Positions 20,849 to 30,339 of a stretch of DNA of 64,000 bases are shown piece after piece (position 1 is the stretch's first letter; the number at the start of each line of letters is the position of its first letter). Below the pieces are notes generated by a model. It ran no database searches and was not told the origin of the DNA. It saw only the letters and a program-made list of their open reading frames with translations. The DNA is from Terriglobia bacterium (GTDB lineage Bacteria; Acidobacteriota; Terriglobia; 20CM-2-55-15), in NCBI GenBank assembly GCA_965218585.1, contig CBDCLE010000002.1:489586-553585 (forward strand), given 5' to 3'. A program made the position numbers and the translations under genes.

Positions 20849-21643
20849 CTACTTCGCCAACTTTTCAATGAGCGCGAGCAATTGATCGCGTTCTTCCGTG
20901 ACGTTCTGGCCCAGACGCGACACCGCGATCGGAAGTATCCACGGTTGGACGTCCCCCGGGTTCAAGCGACGCATCCTCCGATATTGTCTGGTATAAGAGC
21001 CGTGAAAAAGCCCGCGTCCAATGTGCATCATGATCCGTGTCCACAGAGAGAAGCTGGGGGGTGGGGCGCCCAACTGAATGATCAACGAAGTGCGGGCGAA
21101 GTCGGCCACGGGATTCCCAGCACAAGCGGTGGTCCAGTCAATAATTGTGGCGGTGGCACCGTTGACGAGGACATTGTCAGGATGAAAGTCGCCGTGGCAG
21201 ACCCAGGCCCCTTCGGGCAGTTTGCGCAGTCGGGCCAGGGCTGTGTTTCGTCGGGCGGCGGGCAACTCGGCCCGTGCAATCAAGTGCTCGAGTTGTTCGT
21301 GCTGCGAAGGTAGCTGGTCGACACGGAACTCGTGGATCGAGGCGTGAAGCTCGGCCAGCATGCGCCCAAACGCAAACAGCTTCCAGGGTTTGGCGCTCAA
21401 CTGCCCCACCATCGACGTTCCAGAGACGCGATCGTAGGTGATGCCGTGCCTGCCCTCGACCTCAACAACGCCGTGAGTACCGGGTGTCGGGACCCCGAAC
21501 TCGTGCACAGCCTGACTGGCGCGAGCCTCGGCCTCGATGATTGCGACGTCGTACTCGGGGGCAAACAGCTTGAGCACCTTTGTGTCGCCCCACGCAAACA
21601 CTTCGGCCTGACGGCCCTGGCCGATCAACTGCAGATCGCCCAT
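20849..21643 (-). CDS. APH/phosphotransferase family protein
   Basis: G.GR.AEV, CHGDFHPDN and IIDW motifs. Confidence 0.85.
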   Translation of the reverse strand: MGDLQLIGQGRQAEVFAWGDTKVLKLFAPEYDVAIIEAEARASQAVHEFGVPTPGTHGVVEVEGRHGITYDRVSGTSMVGQLSAKPWKLFAFGRMLAELHASIHEFRVDQLPSQHEQLEHLIARAELPAARRNTALARLRKLPEGAWVCHGDFHPDNVLVNGATATIIDWTTACAGNPVADFARTSLIIQLGAPPPSFSLWTRIMMHIGRGLFHGSYTRQYRRMRRLNPGDVQPWILPIAVSRLGQNVTEERDQLLALIEKLAK

Positions 21644-21680
21644 GCGATGAACTTCTTTTTCAGGTCGGTGCACTCGACGC

Positions 21681-22154
21681 TCACATTGGCGAAGGAGCGT
21701 GCCCTCGGGCTGACCCCTCCAACAGCTCTCTCAGTCGATCAAGATCTCCCTGGGCTCTCTTACGAAAGGATCGGACTACCAGAGGCGCAAGTAAAGACAG
21801 AACGCCGGTTAGGTTCGCCATGGCCTCGTAGGTAACCAGTGTGCCGGACCTCTGGGGCTCCACCCGTCGCACACCTTCCGCCTGAAGAGGCCCGGCCACT
21901 GAACGGAAGGAAACACTTCGGCCTGGATCCACGGAGACGATCTCCGCCTCGACGCGAATGGCGCGACCAAAGAAACGCATGACCTCGTGTGTGTGCATGC
22001 CTACATGCACGGGTCCAGGAGGGTCGTGGCGCATCGAGGTCACTCCAGCCCGCCAGTTGGGATCGTTCTCGTAGTCCGCTACAAAGTCGAAGATGCCCTC
22101 TGCCGGCTGGGCGATGATCGTACTGACCTTAACCTCGACTCGCTTCGGAATCAT
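21681..22154 (-). CDS. SRPBCC (polyketide cyclase/START) family protein
   Basis: IFDFVAD.ENDP.W...DL.RL.ELLE pattern. Confidence 0.8.
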   Translation of the reverse strand: MIPKRVEVKVSTIIAQPAEGIFDFVADYENDPNWRAGVTSMRHDPPGPVHVGMHTHEVMRFFGRAIRVEAEIVSVDPGRSVSFRSVAGPLQAEGVRRVEPQRSGTLVTYEAMANLTGVLSLLAPLVVRSFRKRAQGDLDRLRELLEGSARGHAPSPM

Positions 22155-22285
22155 CGTAGTCCTGACTCAGACGTCGAAGGGGAGCGGAGCAAGGCAACTT
22201 CCTGCGTCGATTTAGCTGGTTATGGTCCATCATCCTGAATCAGAGCCCGGCTTCATGGTTTTGTTAGCCTGCCCATCGAACAGGG

Positions 22286-22684
22286 CTATTTCTTGGTTAT
22301 GACCAAAACGATCAGCGCACCGAGCAGGACGGACACGGTTCCTACCAATCCCACGAGCGTACTGGCATCTTCTGGGCGCTGAATAAAATACTGCCGGAAC
22401 AGCGTATACGGAACAATCTGAAACAAGATGATTCCGGCTGCGAACGCGACGACAGCTCATGGCCGCCTGAACCACAGACCCAGTGCGACGATCACATTGA
22501 ACGTCAGCAACACCACGTCCATGATACGCAGGTGAAGCTGGCTTTCGCTCCAGGGAATGCTGGCGAGACCAATCATATTCCCCACGTGAACCAGGCCACC
22601 ATAGGCGAGCACAATGGCGAGGACGCGCACGTAAGCTCGCGTCCATGGTTGCGCAAGGGCTTCTGCGATGTCGAGGGATCCCAT
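22286..22684 (-). pseudogene. Small 4-TM membrane protein with an in-frame TGA at 22457-22459
   Basis: GLWFRRP*AVVAFAAGIILFQ...LVITKK; the hydrophobic frame continues after the stop (probable TGG->TGA). Confidence 0.6.
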
Positions 22685-22857
22685 CTTTCAGGACTCATTC
22701 GAGGAGTAGGCTAGCCTTTCAGTGGATTCTGTCCGAAATGCTCTGAAGGGCTACAAATGATGTTCTAGTGGAGAATCGGGGGTTCTCCAATGACAGACGG
22801 TGCAAAGGATTCCACCATCGCGGTCCACATGTCTGTACTTACAAATAGACTACCTAG

Positions 22858-24325
22858 TACTACTGTGTTACAAAAGGCCTATTTTATGTTAGCATCCGGT
22901 CATGAGCGCCAAATCGAAGGCGCCAGGCACTCAGGAAAAACGTTTTGCGGCCTATTTGGAACGCCTGGCGTCGGCCGCAGGACACGCCGATCGTCATGAA
23001 CCGTTGAAGTCGTACTGCACCGGGTTGTTGCTGCCGATCAAACGTAAGAGTGTGGAGCCGATGGCTGCACGATTGGCTCCGGATAATGTACGCCGAATGC
23101 ACCAGTCGCTACATCATCTGGTCGCGGATGCGCCCTGGGACGATGCGGCTCTGTTGGCAGAAGTTCGACAGTACGCGCTGGGGGCGATGGAAGCCAACGG
23201 TCCGATTGAAGCCTGGATTGTCGACGACACCGGATTCGTGAAAAAGGGGACCCACTCGGTGGGTGTGGCCCGGCAATACTATGGACAGGTCGGCAAACCT
23301 GAGAACTGCCGGGTGGCGGTGAGCCTGTCGGTGGCGACAGCGAAATCCAGCTTGCCGGTGGCATGGCGACTCTACCTCCCCGAGACCTGGGCGAAGGATC
23401 CGGAACGTCGAAGCAAAGCCGCTATTCCCGAAGACGTTCGATTTCAAACTAAACCTCAAATTGCTTTGGAACAAATCCGGCAGGCCGTCGATGACGGCAT
23501 TGCTCCGACACCGGTTCTGGGCGATACGGCCTACGGCAACAACTACAAGTTCCGGCACGGCATCACCGAACTCGGACTTAGCTACGTCCTAGGGGTGCAA
23601 GGCACCACGACCGTGTGGAAACCGGGCCAGGGTCCCTTGCCGCCGAAATCCTTGACCGGCCGCGGACGGACACCGACCCGCATGCAGCGCAACAAGAAAC
23701 ATCAACCGGTTTCGGTCAAGCAACTGGCCCTCTCGTTGTCTCCCCAGCGTTGGAAGAACGTCTCCTGGCGCGAAGGCACCTCCGAGACCCTGCGTTCCCG
23801 TTTCGCCGCAGTTCGCATTCGTCCCGCTCATCTGGATCACGAGCGCCACTCGCCGCATCCGAAAGAGTGGTTGTTGGTCGAGTGGCCCAAGACCGCATCC
23901 GAACCGATCCGGTACTGGCTCTCCACTCTTGGGGCCCATACCTCGCTTTCCGATCTGGCCGGTCAGGCCAAACAGCGCTGGATCATCGAACGCGACTATC
24001 AGGAACTCAAGCAGGAACTCGGTCTGGGACACTACGAAGGTCGCGGCTGGCGTGGATTTCACCATCATGGCACCTTATGTATTGCCTCTTATGGGTTCCT
24101 GGTCGCCGAGCGGAGCCGTTTTTCCCCCTCTGCATTTGTCGAGCATGTTGGACTATCCGTCCCCAAACTCCCCAAACACTTCAAACCCCGCGGAACCCCG
24201 GATCCGGCCCGAACGACATAACCCCTGCTCGATTGCCACGCTTCGCATTCGCATCGCCCGCTTCCTGATTCAGCAGCTTCCTCGTTGTCCGTTCTGTGGA
24301 CCGCTTCGTTTGTAACACAGTAGTA
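22858..24325 (+). mobile_element. IS701-family element, copy 1 (1468 bp)
   Basis: TIR tactactgtgttacaaa / tttgtaacacagtagta; 4-bp TSD CTAG. Confidence 0.93.
22902..24221 (+). CDS. IS701 family transposase
   Basis: IVDDTGFVKKG.HSVGVARQY and RW.IERDYQELKQELGL.HYEGR motifs. Confidence 0.93.
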   Translation: MSAKSKAPGTQEKRFAAYLERLASAAGHADRHEPLKSYCTGLLLPIKRKSVEPMAARLAPDNVRRMHQSLHHLVADAPWDDAALLAEVRQYALGAMEANGPIEAWIVDDTGFVKKGTHSVGVARQYYGQVGKPENCRVAVSLSVATAKSSLPVAWRLYLPETWAKDPERRSKAAIPEDVRFQTKPQIALEQIRQAVDDGIAPTPVLGDTAYGNNYKFRHGITELGLSYVLGVQGTTTVWKPGQGPLPPKSLTGRGRTPTRMQRNKKHQPVSVKQLALSLSPQRWKNVSWREGTSETLRSRFAAVRIRPAHLDHERHSPHPKEWLLVEWPKTASEPIRYWLSTLGAHTSLSDLAGQAKQRWIIERDYQELKQELGLGHYEGRGWRGFHHHGTLCIASYGFLVAERSRFSPSAFVEHVGLSVPKLPKHFKPRGTPDPARTT

Positions 24326-24551
24326 CTAGTGCACCGCCCCCAAAGAAACAGACGAAACTCAACACGGTGCCCAGGGCCGGCCGTCCGAATTCCTTCCACT
24401 CCTGACAGCTTCCAAGAATACGGTTACCTCTACGGGAGGTCCCAATGAGCACAACCGTAGAAACGAGGGAGATTGAGGTTCTGGAAGACCTTGACGACGA
24501 AGAGATCGTCGAGCCTCCTCGACTGAAGGAGCGACTCGATATTGAAGAGAG

Positions 24552-25193
24552 TCAGGAGCCGACTGAGTTGATTAACTCTGGCGACTGATTCTTTGAACTG
24601 TTGACGGCCTTCGACACCCTGTAGGCGGTCATCGCGTCTTCTGGGTAGGGGTCCAGGAGCTTCAGCACGTCCCCGGTAGGCAGTTCCGCATTCAGCCACG
24701 GCTCATATTCGTTCCGCTCCAGGATGACCGGCATACGGTCATGGATCGGCTTGGTGACGGTGTTGGGATCGGTAGTCAGGATGACGTAGCCAGGCTCTCC
24801 ACCCACTTCCTGCCAGATTCCAGCAAAGGCGAATGGCTCTCCAGTCTTCAGCATGATCCTGAAGGGCTGCTTGCCTTCCTTAGTGGCTTTCCATTCATAG
24901 AAACCGTCAGCAATCACTAGACAGCGACGTTCCCTGAAAGAGTCACGAAAGGTTGGGCGTTGGTTGACTGTTTCGGCACGGGCGTTGATTAGCAGACGGG
25001 ATGGCCTGTCCTTCCATTCTGGTTTGATACCCCACAGCACGGTCTGGATTGTGCGAGGGGCGATGTTCAGGATGACGGGTAGGTGCTGGCCGGGACTGGC
25101 ATTGAAGACTGGGACATGCGTCTCTGAGAACTCAGCCCCGAAGTAGCCCTCAATGATGTCCTGCGCTGCTGTTGCTGTGTAGCGTCCACACAT
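24552..25193 (-). CDS. SOS response-associated peptidase (SRAP/YedK, HMCES-like)
   Basis: MCGRY N-terminus, INARAET, DGFYEW and IHDRMP motifs. Confidence 0.93.
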   Translation of the reverse strand: MCGRYTATAAQDIIEGYFGAEFSETHVPVFNASPGQHLPVILNIAPRTIQTVLWGIKPEWKDRPSRLLINARAETVNQRPTFRDSFRERRCLVIADGFYEWKATKEGKQPFRIMLKTGEPFAFAGIWQEVGGEPGYVILTTDPNTVTKPIHDRMPVILERNEYEPWLNAELPTGDVLKLLDPYPEDAMTAYRVSKAVNSSKNQSPELINSVGS

Positions 25194-25317
25194 GGACGGA
25201 GACTATAGCAAGGCATCTCTAAAATTCTAAAAATTGGACACAGAGCCACACCACCGATAGACGGACACCCGGATGGAGTGGTCCATCCCCAGTCAAGCAA
25301 TGGGTCCCATCTGCAAG

Positions 25318-25366
25318 TTTTGGGGAACAGATTCGCGCACTTTTGGGGAACAGATTGGGAACAGAT
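25318..25366 (+). repeat. Direct repeats, probable integrase arm-binding sites
   Basis: ttttggggaacagatt twice plus gggaacagat, about 80 bp before the tRNA fragment. Confidence 0.6.
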
Positions 25367-25447
25367 GGGTCAGAACACCGTAAAACAAGGGGTATCAAGC
25401 GAAACCTAAGTTACTGAAAAGCAAAGACGGGCTATCAATTAATGAGT

Positions 25448-25489
25448 CTCCGGAACCAGAGGTCGGAGGTTCGAATCCTCTCGGGCGTA
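25448..25489 (+). other. 3' half of tRNA-Arg(CCG): island attachment site (attR-like), not an intact tRNA
   Basis: CT-CCG-GA anticodon loop, ggaggTTCGAATcctct T-arm and acceptor 3' strand cgggcgta; no D-arm or 5' acceptor strand upstream. Confidence 0.8.
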
Positions 25490-25493
25490 TCGG

Positions 25494-25523
25494 AGGGTCG
25501 CTGGGAAGCGGCCCTTTTTCTTT
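25494..25523 (+). terminator. Intrinsic terminator of the original tRNA gene
   Basis: agggtcgct-ggga-agcggccct followed by a T-tract. Confidence 0.75.
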
Positions 25524-25710
25524 GCCTTACGATCCAGGGACCGACTGACAACTGCTCCTTGTGAGAGAAGATACGCCGGGTGTCGCATCGGCAACAACGC
25601 TGTAAATTCGTAGGTTCTCGATAAGGCTAAGAATTAAGATGTAGGGTCTGGAGAATTCCGAAACCGACATGGAAAATTCCAGCTTCTCCGACCAGGAGGT
25701 CCACCAACCA

Positions 25711-27312
25711 ATGTTTCGATCCAGTTTCCACTGCCTGTGGCTCGCCGTAGTCTTCGTCGCTCTTAACGTGTCGCCGGGGGGAGCGCAATCTGGCGAGGCT
25801 TCCGAATTTTCGGAAATCTTAAACGGGTCTTTGCCCCTCTACACGAAAGCCCTGGGAAGCTTTACGCGTCCGATTTCTACTTCCAACGCGGAAGCACAGG
25901 CGTATTTCGACCAGGGTTATCAGATGATGTACGCCTTCGCAAAGCTGGACGCGGTCCGATCGTTCCGGGAGTCGTGGAAACGTGATCCAGACTGCGCAAT
26001 CTGTTACTGGGGTGAGGCGTGGGCCTGGGGATCGTATCTCAACGGCCCGATGCTCAGCTCGGAGGCCCCGCACGCCTACACCGCCGTAGGGCAGGCGCTC
26101 GAACTGGCGGGCAACAACGCAAGCCCGAAGGAACAGGAATTGATCGAAGCGATGTCGCATCGCTACGTCGAGGACTTTGATCCGGAACAACGCCTCGACC
26201 AGGAAAGGGCTTACGCGACAGCGATGGCGACTCTCTACGAAAAGTATCCGGACGATCTCGACATCGCCACTCACTATGCGGACGCTCTTTTCATTCTGGA
26301 ACCACGCCGCGGCACGAGAGATCTCAATGACCCCGACGTCAGGCAACTTCATCGTGTGCTGGAAGGCATCCTGATCTCCGACATCCGGCACACCGGCGCG
26401 TGTCATCTGTACATCCACGCTACCGAATCGACACCGGACCCGGGGAGGGCTGAAGCCTGCGCCGAGTACATCGGAAACTCCATACCCGGCGCGAGCCACA
26501 TCAACCACATGCCGTCGCATACCTGGAACGAAATCGGCCGGTGGGGAGATTCGGTTCGGGCTAACATTCAAGCCTGGCACTCGGACCTCAAAGCGCCCGT
26601 CGGAGAGGGATTCGCGATCTACCCCCAGCACAACCTGCACATGCTTCTGTTCGCCGCCTCCATGGACGGGCAGGGCGCCATCGCCATCCAGGCCGGCAAG
26701 GACTACGCCAAGCTGATGGGCACGAATATGTACCGTGTGCTGACACTGGTCCGGTTCGGTCGCTTCGACGAGGTCCTGGAAATCACCGAACGTCCCGAGC
26801 CGGTGATCGACGCCGGCATGTGGGACTTCGCTCAGGGCTATGCCCGTGCCCGCATGGGTGAGATCGACTTCGCCAGGGCTCACCTCAATCGGGTTCTCGA
26901 GGGCGCGCAGTCTGACGCCTTCTTCCGGTTTCACTCAGCCGAACAACTTCTGAACACAGTTGCCAGCATTCTTGAAGGTGAAATTCACCGCGCCGAAGGC
27001 GATCTCGTTGCCGCGATTGATTCATTCGAACAGGCGGTTCTCACCGAGGACGCTCTCCAGTATGACGAACCCGAACCCCTGCCCTTTGCTGCCCGCCACT
27101 GGCTGGGGGCAACACTTCTCGAGCTCGGGCGATACGTGGATGCTGAACGCGTCTACCGTGAGGAGCTCGAAGATCACCCCCACAACGGTTGGTCGCTGTT
27201 CGGCCTGAGGGCAGCTCTCGAAGCCCTGGGTCGAGGGTCGCCAGAAGTCGATGCCGATTTCGAGGCGAGTTGGGCGAGATCGGATACGTGGATTACAGGA
27301 TCGAAGTTTTAA
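25711..27312 (+). CDS. Exported TPR-repeat protein
   Basis: Signal peptide; AQAYFDQG, CAICYWGEAW, HLYIH, HMPSH and HPHNGWSLFGL motifs. Confidence 0.8.
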   Translation: MFRSSFHCLWLAVVFVALNVSPGGAQSGEASEFSEILNGSLPLYTKALGSFTRPISTSNAEAQAYFDQGYQMMYAFAKLDAVRSFRESWKRDPDCAICYWGEAWAWGSYLNGPMLSSEAPHAYTAVGQALELAGNNASPKEQELIEAMSHRYVEDFDPEQRLDQERAYATAMATLYEKYPDDLDIATHYADALFILEPRRGTRDLNDPDVRQLHRVLEGILISDIRHTGACHLYIHATESTPDPGRAEACAEYIGNSIPGASHINHMPSHTWNEIGRWGDSVRANIQAWHSDLKAPVGEGFAIYPQHNLHMLLFAASMDGQGAIAIQAGKDYAKLMGTNMYRVLTLVRFGRFDEVLEITERPEPVIDAGMWDFAQGYARARMGEIDFARAHLNRVLEGAQSDAFFRFHSAEQLLNTVASILEGEIHRAEGDLVAAIDSFEQAVLTEDALQYDEPEPLPFAARHWLGATLLELGRYVDAERVYREELEDHPHNGWSLFGLRAALEALGRGSPEVDADFEASWARSDTWITGSKF

Positions 27313-27368
27313 AGCTTGTCGTCCGCAGCCGTAGCTAAAACCTGGGTGGGATAGTCTGTCCTGCTCAA

Positions 27369-28220
27369 TTAGGCAACCGTTTCCTCACCGGATTCGAGGT
27401 GAACGACACGTTGGGGGAAAGGAATCTCGATACCATGCCGCCGAAACTCGGCGTCTATCGCATAGTTCAGCCCGCTCCTGAGTTGCAAGTGCCCAGGGGG
27501 GTCGTCACTCCATATCAGCAGCTCGAAGTTCAGCGAAGAATCCCCAAACTCGTTGAACCGGACCTCGGGTGACGGATTCTTCAGGACATGGTCGGTCTTT
27601 GCGGCGACATCTTCGAGAATACGTGTCACCAGGTCCACGTCGGAACCATAAGCCACGCCCACTGGAACGTGAACTCTGATGTTCGGGTCTCCGTGTGACC
27701 AGTTCGTGACACTCTGATTGATGAACTGGGAGTTGGGAACGATGATCGCGATGTTGTCGTTTGTAAGGATGGTTGTGGATCGGAAGTGGATGTCGACAAC
27801 GTTGCCCTCGACGTTCTCTACCGTGACGCGGTCGTGAATCCGGATCGGTTGCTCGAGCAGAAGCACAAGCCCAGACACGAAGTTAGCGACGACATTCTGG
27901 AGACCGAAACCAATACCGATACCGAGCCCGCCGGCGACGACTGCCAGAGCCGTCAGATCGATGCTCAGGAAGTTCAGCGCGATGATGATTCCAACCACCC
28001 ATACCGCGTACCCGGTGATTCGAAGAATGACGTATCGCGGTGCCGGTTCGACACTCCTCAGAAGATGCTCTTTGAGAACACGACGGCTGGTAAGGGAAGC
28101 GTACCGTGTAATCAGGAGAGCGAGGGTGAAAAGGAGGATATGCTTCGCGGTTATGGTGCTGCCACCGATCTCCACCACCTGGAAGTCCAGGATCTGATTC
28201 AACGTCTCAATCCATTCCAT
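27369..28220 (-). CDS. MscS family mechanosensitive channel
   Basis: GIGIGFGLQN..ANFVSG, IIVPNS, VAYGSD and IEIPFPQ motifs. Confidence 0.92.
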   Translation of the reverse strand: MEWIETLNQILDFQVVEIGGSTITAKHILLFTLALLITRYASLTSRRVLKEHLLRSVEPAPRYVILRITGYAVWVVGIIIALNFLSIDLTALAVVAGGLGIGIGFGLQNVVANFVSGLVLLLEQPIRIHDRVTVENVEGNVVDIHFRSTTILTNDNIAIIVPNSQFINQSVTNWSHGDPNIRVHVPVGVAYGSDVDLVTRILEDVAAKTDHVLKNPSPEVRFNEFGDSSLNFELLIWSDDPPGHLQLRSGLNYAIDAEFRRHGIEIPFPQRVVHLESGEETVA

Positions 28221-28329
28221 GCGCGTCCTCCTGTGGCCACAGCGACTTGCTTTTTCTTAGCCTGAGCATCGACCTCTCTTCAGCTTGGACATTCTAAACC
28301 TCTCGGACCAATCTCGAAGACTCTACGTT

Positions 28330-30184
28330 TGTCCAACGTCAATCAGAATTCCTTCTCGCATTGACTCATTGAAAATGTTACCGAACTGAGGGTTGTTGCC
28401 TCATTAGAAATGTTACCCAACTCTATGAGAACGGAGGTGGGAAGTGAGGACACACATGACTGTTGCGGCAAGGCGAGAATTAGCTCTACGAACGGCGGTT
28501 CGCTACAAGAATGCGGCGCGACCGGAGAAGAAGCGAATCCTGGATGAGTTCCTTGAATCGACCGGGTTCCATCGGAAGCACGCGACACGGCTTCTGAACG
28601 ACATTCTGAGGGGCGAACGGCCCCGACGGCAACCGCGCGGCCGGGTCCGTCGATACGGCCCCGCGGTGCAGGCCGCCCTGATCGCGGCCTGGCGCACAGT
28701 CAATGATGTCTGTGGCAAACGGCTCGTTCCGTTTCTGCCGGAGCTGATCCCGACCATGGAGCGTCACGGGCATCTGTCATTGTCTGATAAAACGCGGGCG
28801 GATCTGCTTGAGCTGAGCGCCGCCACGGCTGATCGGATCTTCCGTCAATTCCGATTCGATCATCGACCGCACGGCAAGACCACCACCAAGTCCGGACAGT
28901 TACTCAAACACCGCGTTCCGATTCGCACATTCGCCGACTGGGCGGACACGCGGCCGGGATTCATGGAAGCGGACTTGGTTGCACACTGCGGCGGGAACTC
29001 GGAAGGCCCTTTCCTCCACACCCTGGTACTGACCGACGTGGCGACCGGCTGGACCGAATGTCTGGCGTTGCTACGGCGTACGGAGGCGGACATTCTGCAG
29101 GCGCTCACGACGGCACGGCAGATCCTTCCGTTTCAGCTTGTCGGCCTGGACACGGATAACGGTTCCGAGTTCATGAACTACGGACTCCTCGCCTACTGCG
29201 AGCGTGAAACGATTCAATTCACCCGAGGCCGGGCGCGCCGGAAGAACGACCAGTGCTTCGTCGAACAGAAGAACGGCTCGATCGTCCGCCAATTGGTCGG
29301 CTACGACCGCTACGAAGGCTCACTGGCATACAGGCAGCTTGCCGAGCTCTACCGAGTGGTCCGGCTCTACGTGAACTTCTTCCAGCCGTCCATGAAGCTC
29401 ACGACGAAGACTCGCGATGGATCCCGGGTGACGAAACGCTACGATATCGCGCAAACACCCTATCAACGGCTCTCGAATTCGGATGCGCTCGACCCGGAGG
29501 TTCGCGTTCGCCTTGCTGCGATTTATGAACGTTCGGATCCGGTCGATCTCCTACGACAGCTTGAGAAACTCCAGGATGCATTCTGGAGACATGCGAAGGA
29601 ACTGGCCTCTCCCACGCTAACGGACGACATCGTGCGCGCCGCCCTTGTGTCCCCGAACTGCGACGCAGATGCAGACCGAGCCCCGATTGAGGCGGAACTC
29701 CCCGATCCCGGCTTCGAGCAACGAATCACGCGTCGGTATCGCAAAACACGGAAACAACCTGTGCCCCACATCTGGCGTACTCGCCCGGACCCGTTCGACG
29801 GCGTCTGGGAGGAGATGCGGTCATGGCTTGAATCCGATCCCGGGCGAACATCAAAGTCGCTGTTGCTTGAGCTTCAGCAGCGGCGCCCGGGACGTTACCC
29901 CAACGGTCAGTTACGGACCCTGCAGCGGCGCGTGCGCGAATGGCGGCGTCAGATTCTGGAGACTTTCGATGGCGAGTGGCTCGAACTGGATCGGGTCCGC
30001 CCGGCTTCAGCATCTGCGGGCGACGGGGGCTGTGGAAAAGGCGGTCGCCCCACAGCCTCGACGGCGGGAAGAACTCTCCCGTTTGACCGGTCGTTCGGTA
30101 ACATTTTCGATGAGGCAACAACCCTCAGTTCGGTAACATTTTTAAATGAGGCAATACGACAGGAAAAATAGTTGACGTTGGACA
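28330..30184 (+). mobile_element. ISNCY/rve-type element with TGT...ACA ends (1855 bp)
   Basis: 13-bp TIR tgtccaacgtcaa / ttgacgttggaca; 33-bp internal perfect IR; GTT on both flanks. Confidence 0.8.
28444..30171 (+). CDS. DDE transposase (rve/integrase core)
   Basis: EADLVAHCG, DTDNGSEF and NDQCFVEQKN catalytic motifs. Confidence 0.9.
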   Translation: MRTHMTVAARRELALRTAVRYKNAARPEKKRILDEFLESTGFHRKHATRLLNDILRGERPRRQPRGRVRRYGPAVQAALIAAWRTVNDVCGKRLVPFLPELIPTMERHGHLSLSDKTRADLLELSAATADRIFRQFRFDHRPHGKTTTKSGQLLKHRVPIRTFADWADTRPGFMEADLVAHCGGNSEGPFLHTLVLTDVATGWTECLALLRRTEADILQALTTARQILPFQLVGLDTDNGSEFMNYGLLAYCERETIQFTRGRARRKNDQCFVEQKNGSIVRQLVGYDRYEGSLAYRQLAELYRVVRLYVNFFQPSMKLTTKTRDGSRVTKRYDIAQTPYQRLSNSDALDPEVRVRLAAIYERSDPVDLLRQLEKLQDAFWRHAKELASPTLTDDIVRAALVSPNCDADADRAPIEAELPDPGFEQRITRRYRKTRKQPVPHIWRTRPDPFDGVWEEMRSWLESDPGRTSKSLLLELQQRRPGRYPNGQLRTLQRRVREWRRQILETFDGEWLELDRVRPASASAGDGGCGKGGRPTASTAGRTLPFDRSFGNIFDEATTLSSVTFLNEAIRQEK

Positions 30185-30339
30185 GTTGACAATTGACAAT
30201 GCGTCTTCTTAACGAACCTCTGGCGGTCGACTTTCCCAGGCAACTGCAGCATACATCAGGGCCACGAGGCGACTGTTCTTGAAACCATCCGTTCTCCAGT
30301 GAATTTCTACCCGGTCAGACCGCAACAGATCGCCCTTAG

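Noticed and set aside
25318-25366. Direct repeats as a mini CRISPR array
   Set aside because: Repeats of 10-16 bp with 0-7 bp gaps and no cas genes; they fit integrase arm sites better.
25420-25489. Intact tRNA gene
   Set aside because: The 5' acceptor strand and D-arm are absent.
30179-30201. Short ttgacaa heptamer repeats beside the IS end
   Set aside because: Only 2-3 units; too short to support a call.
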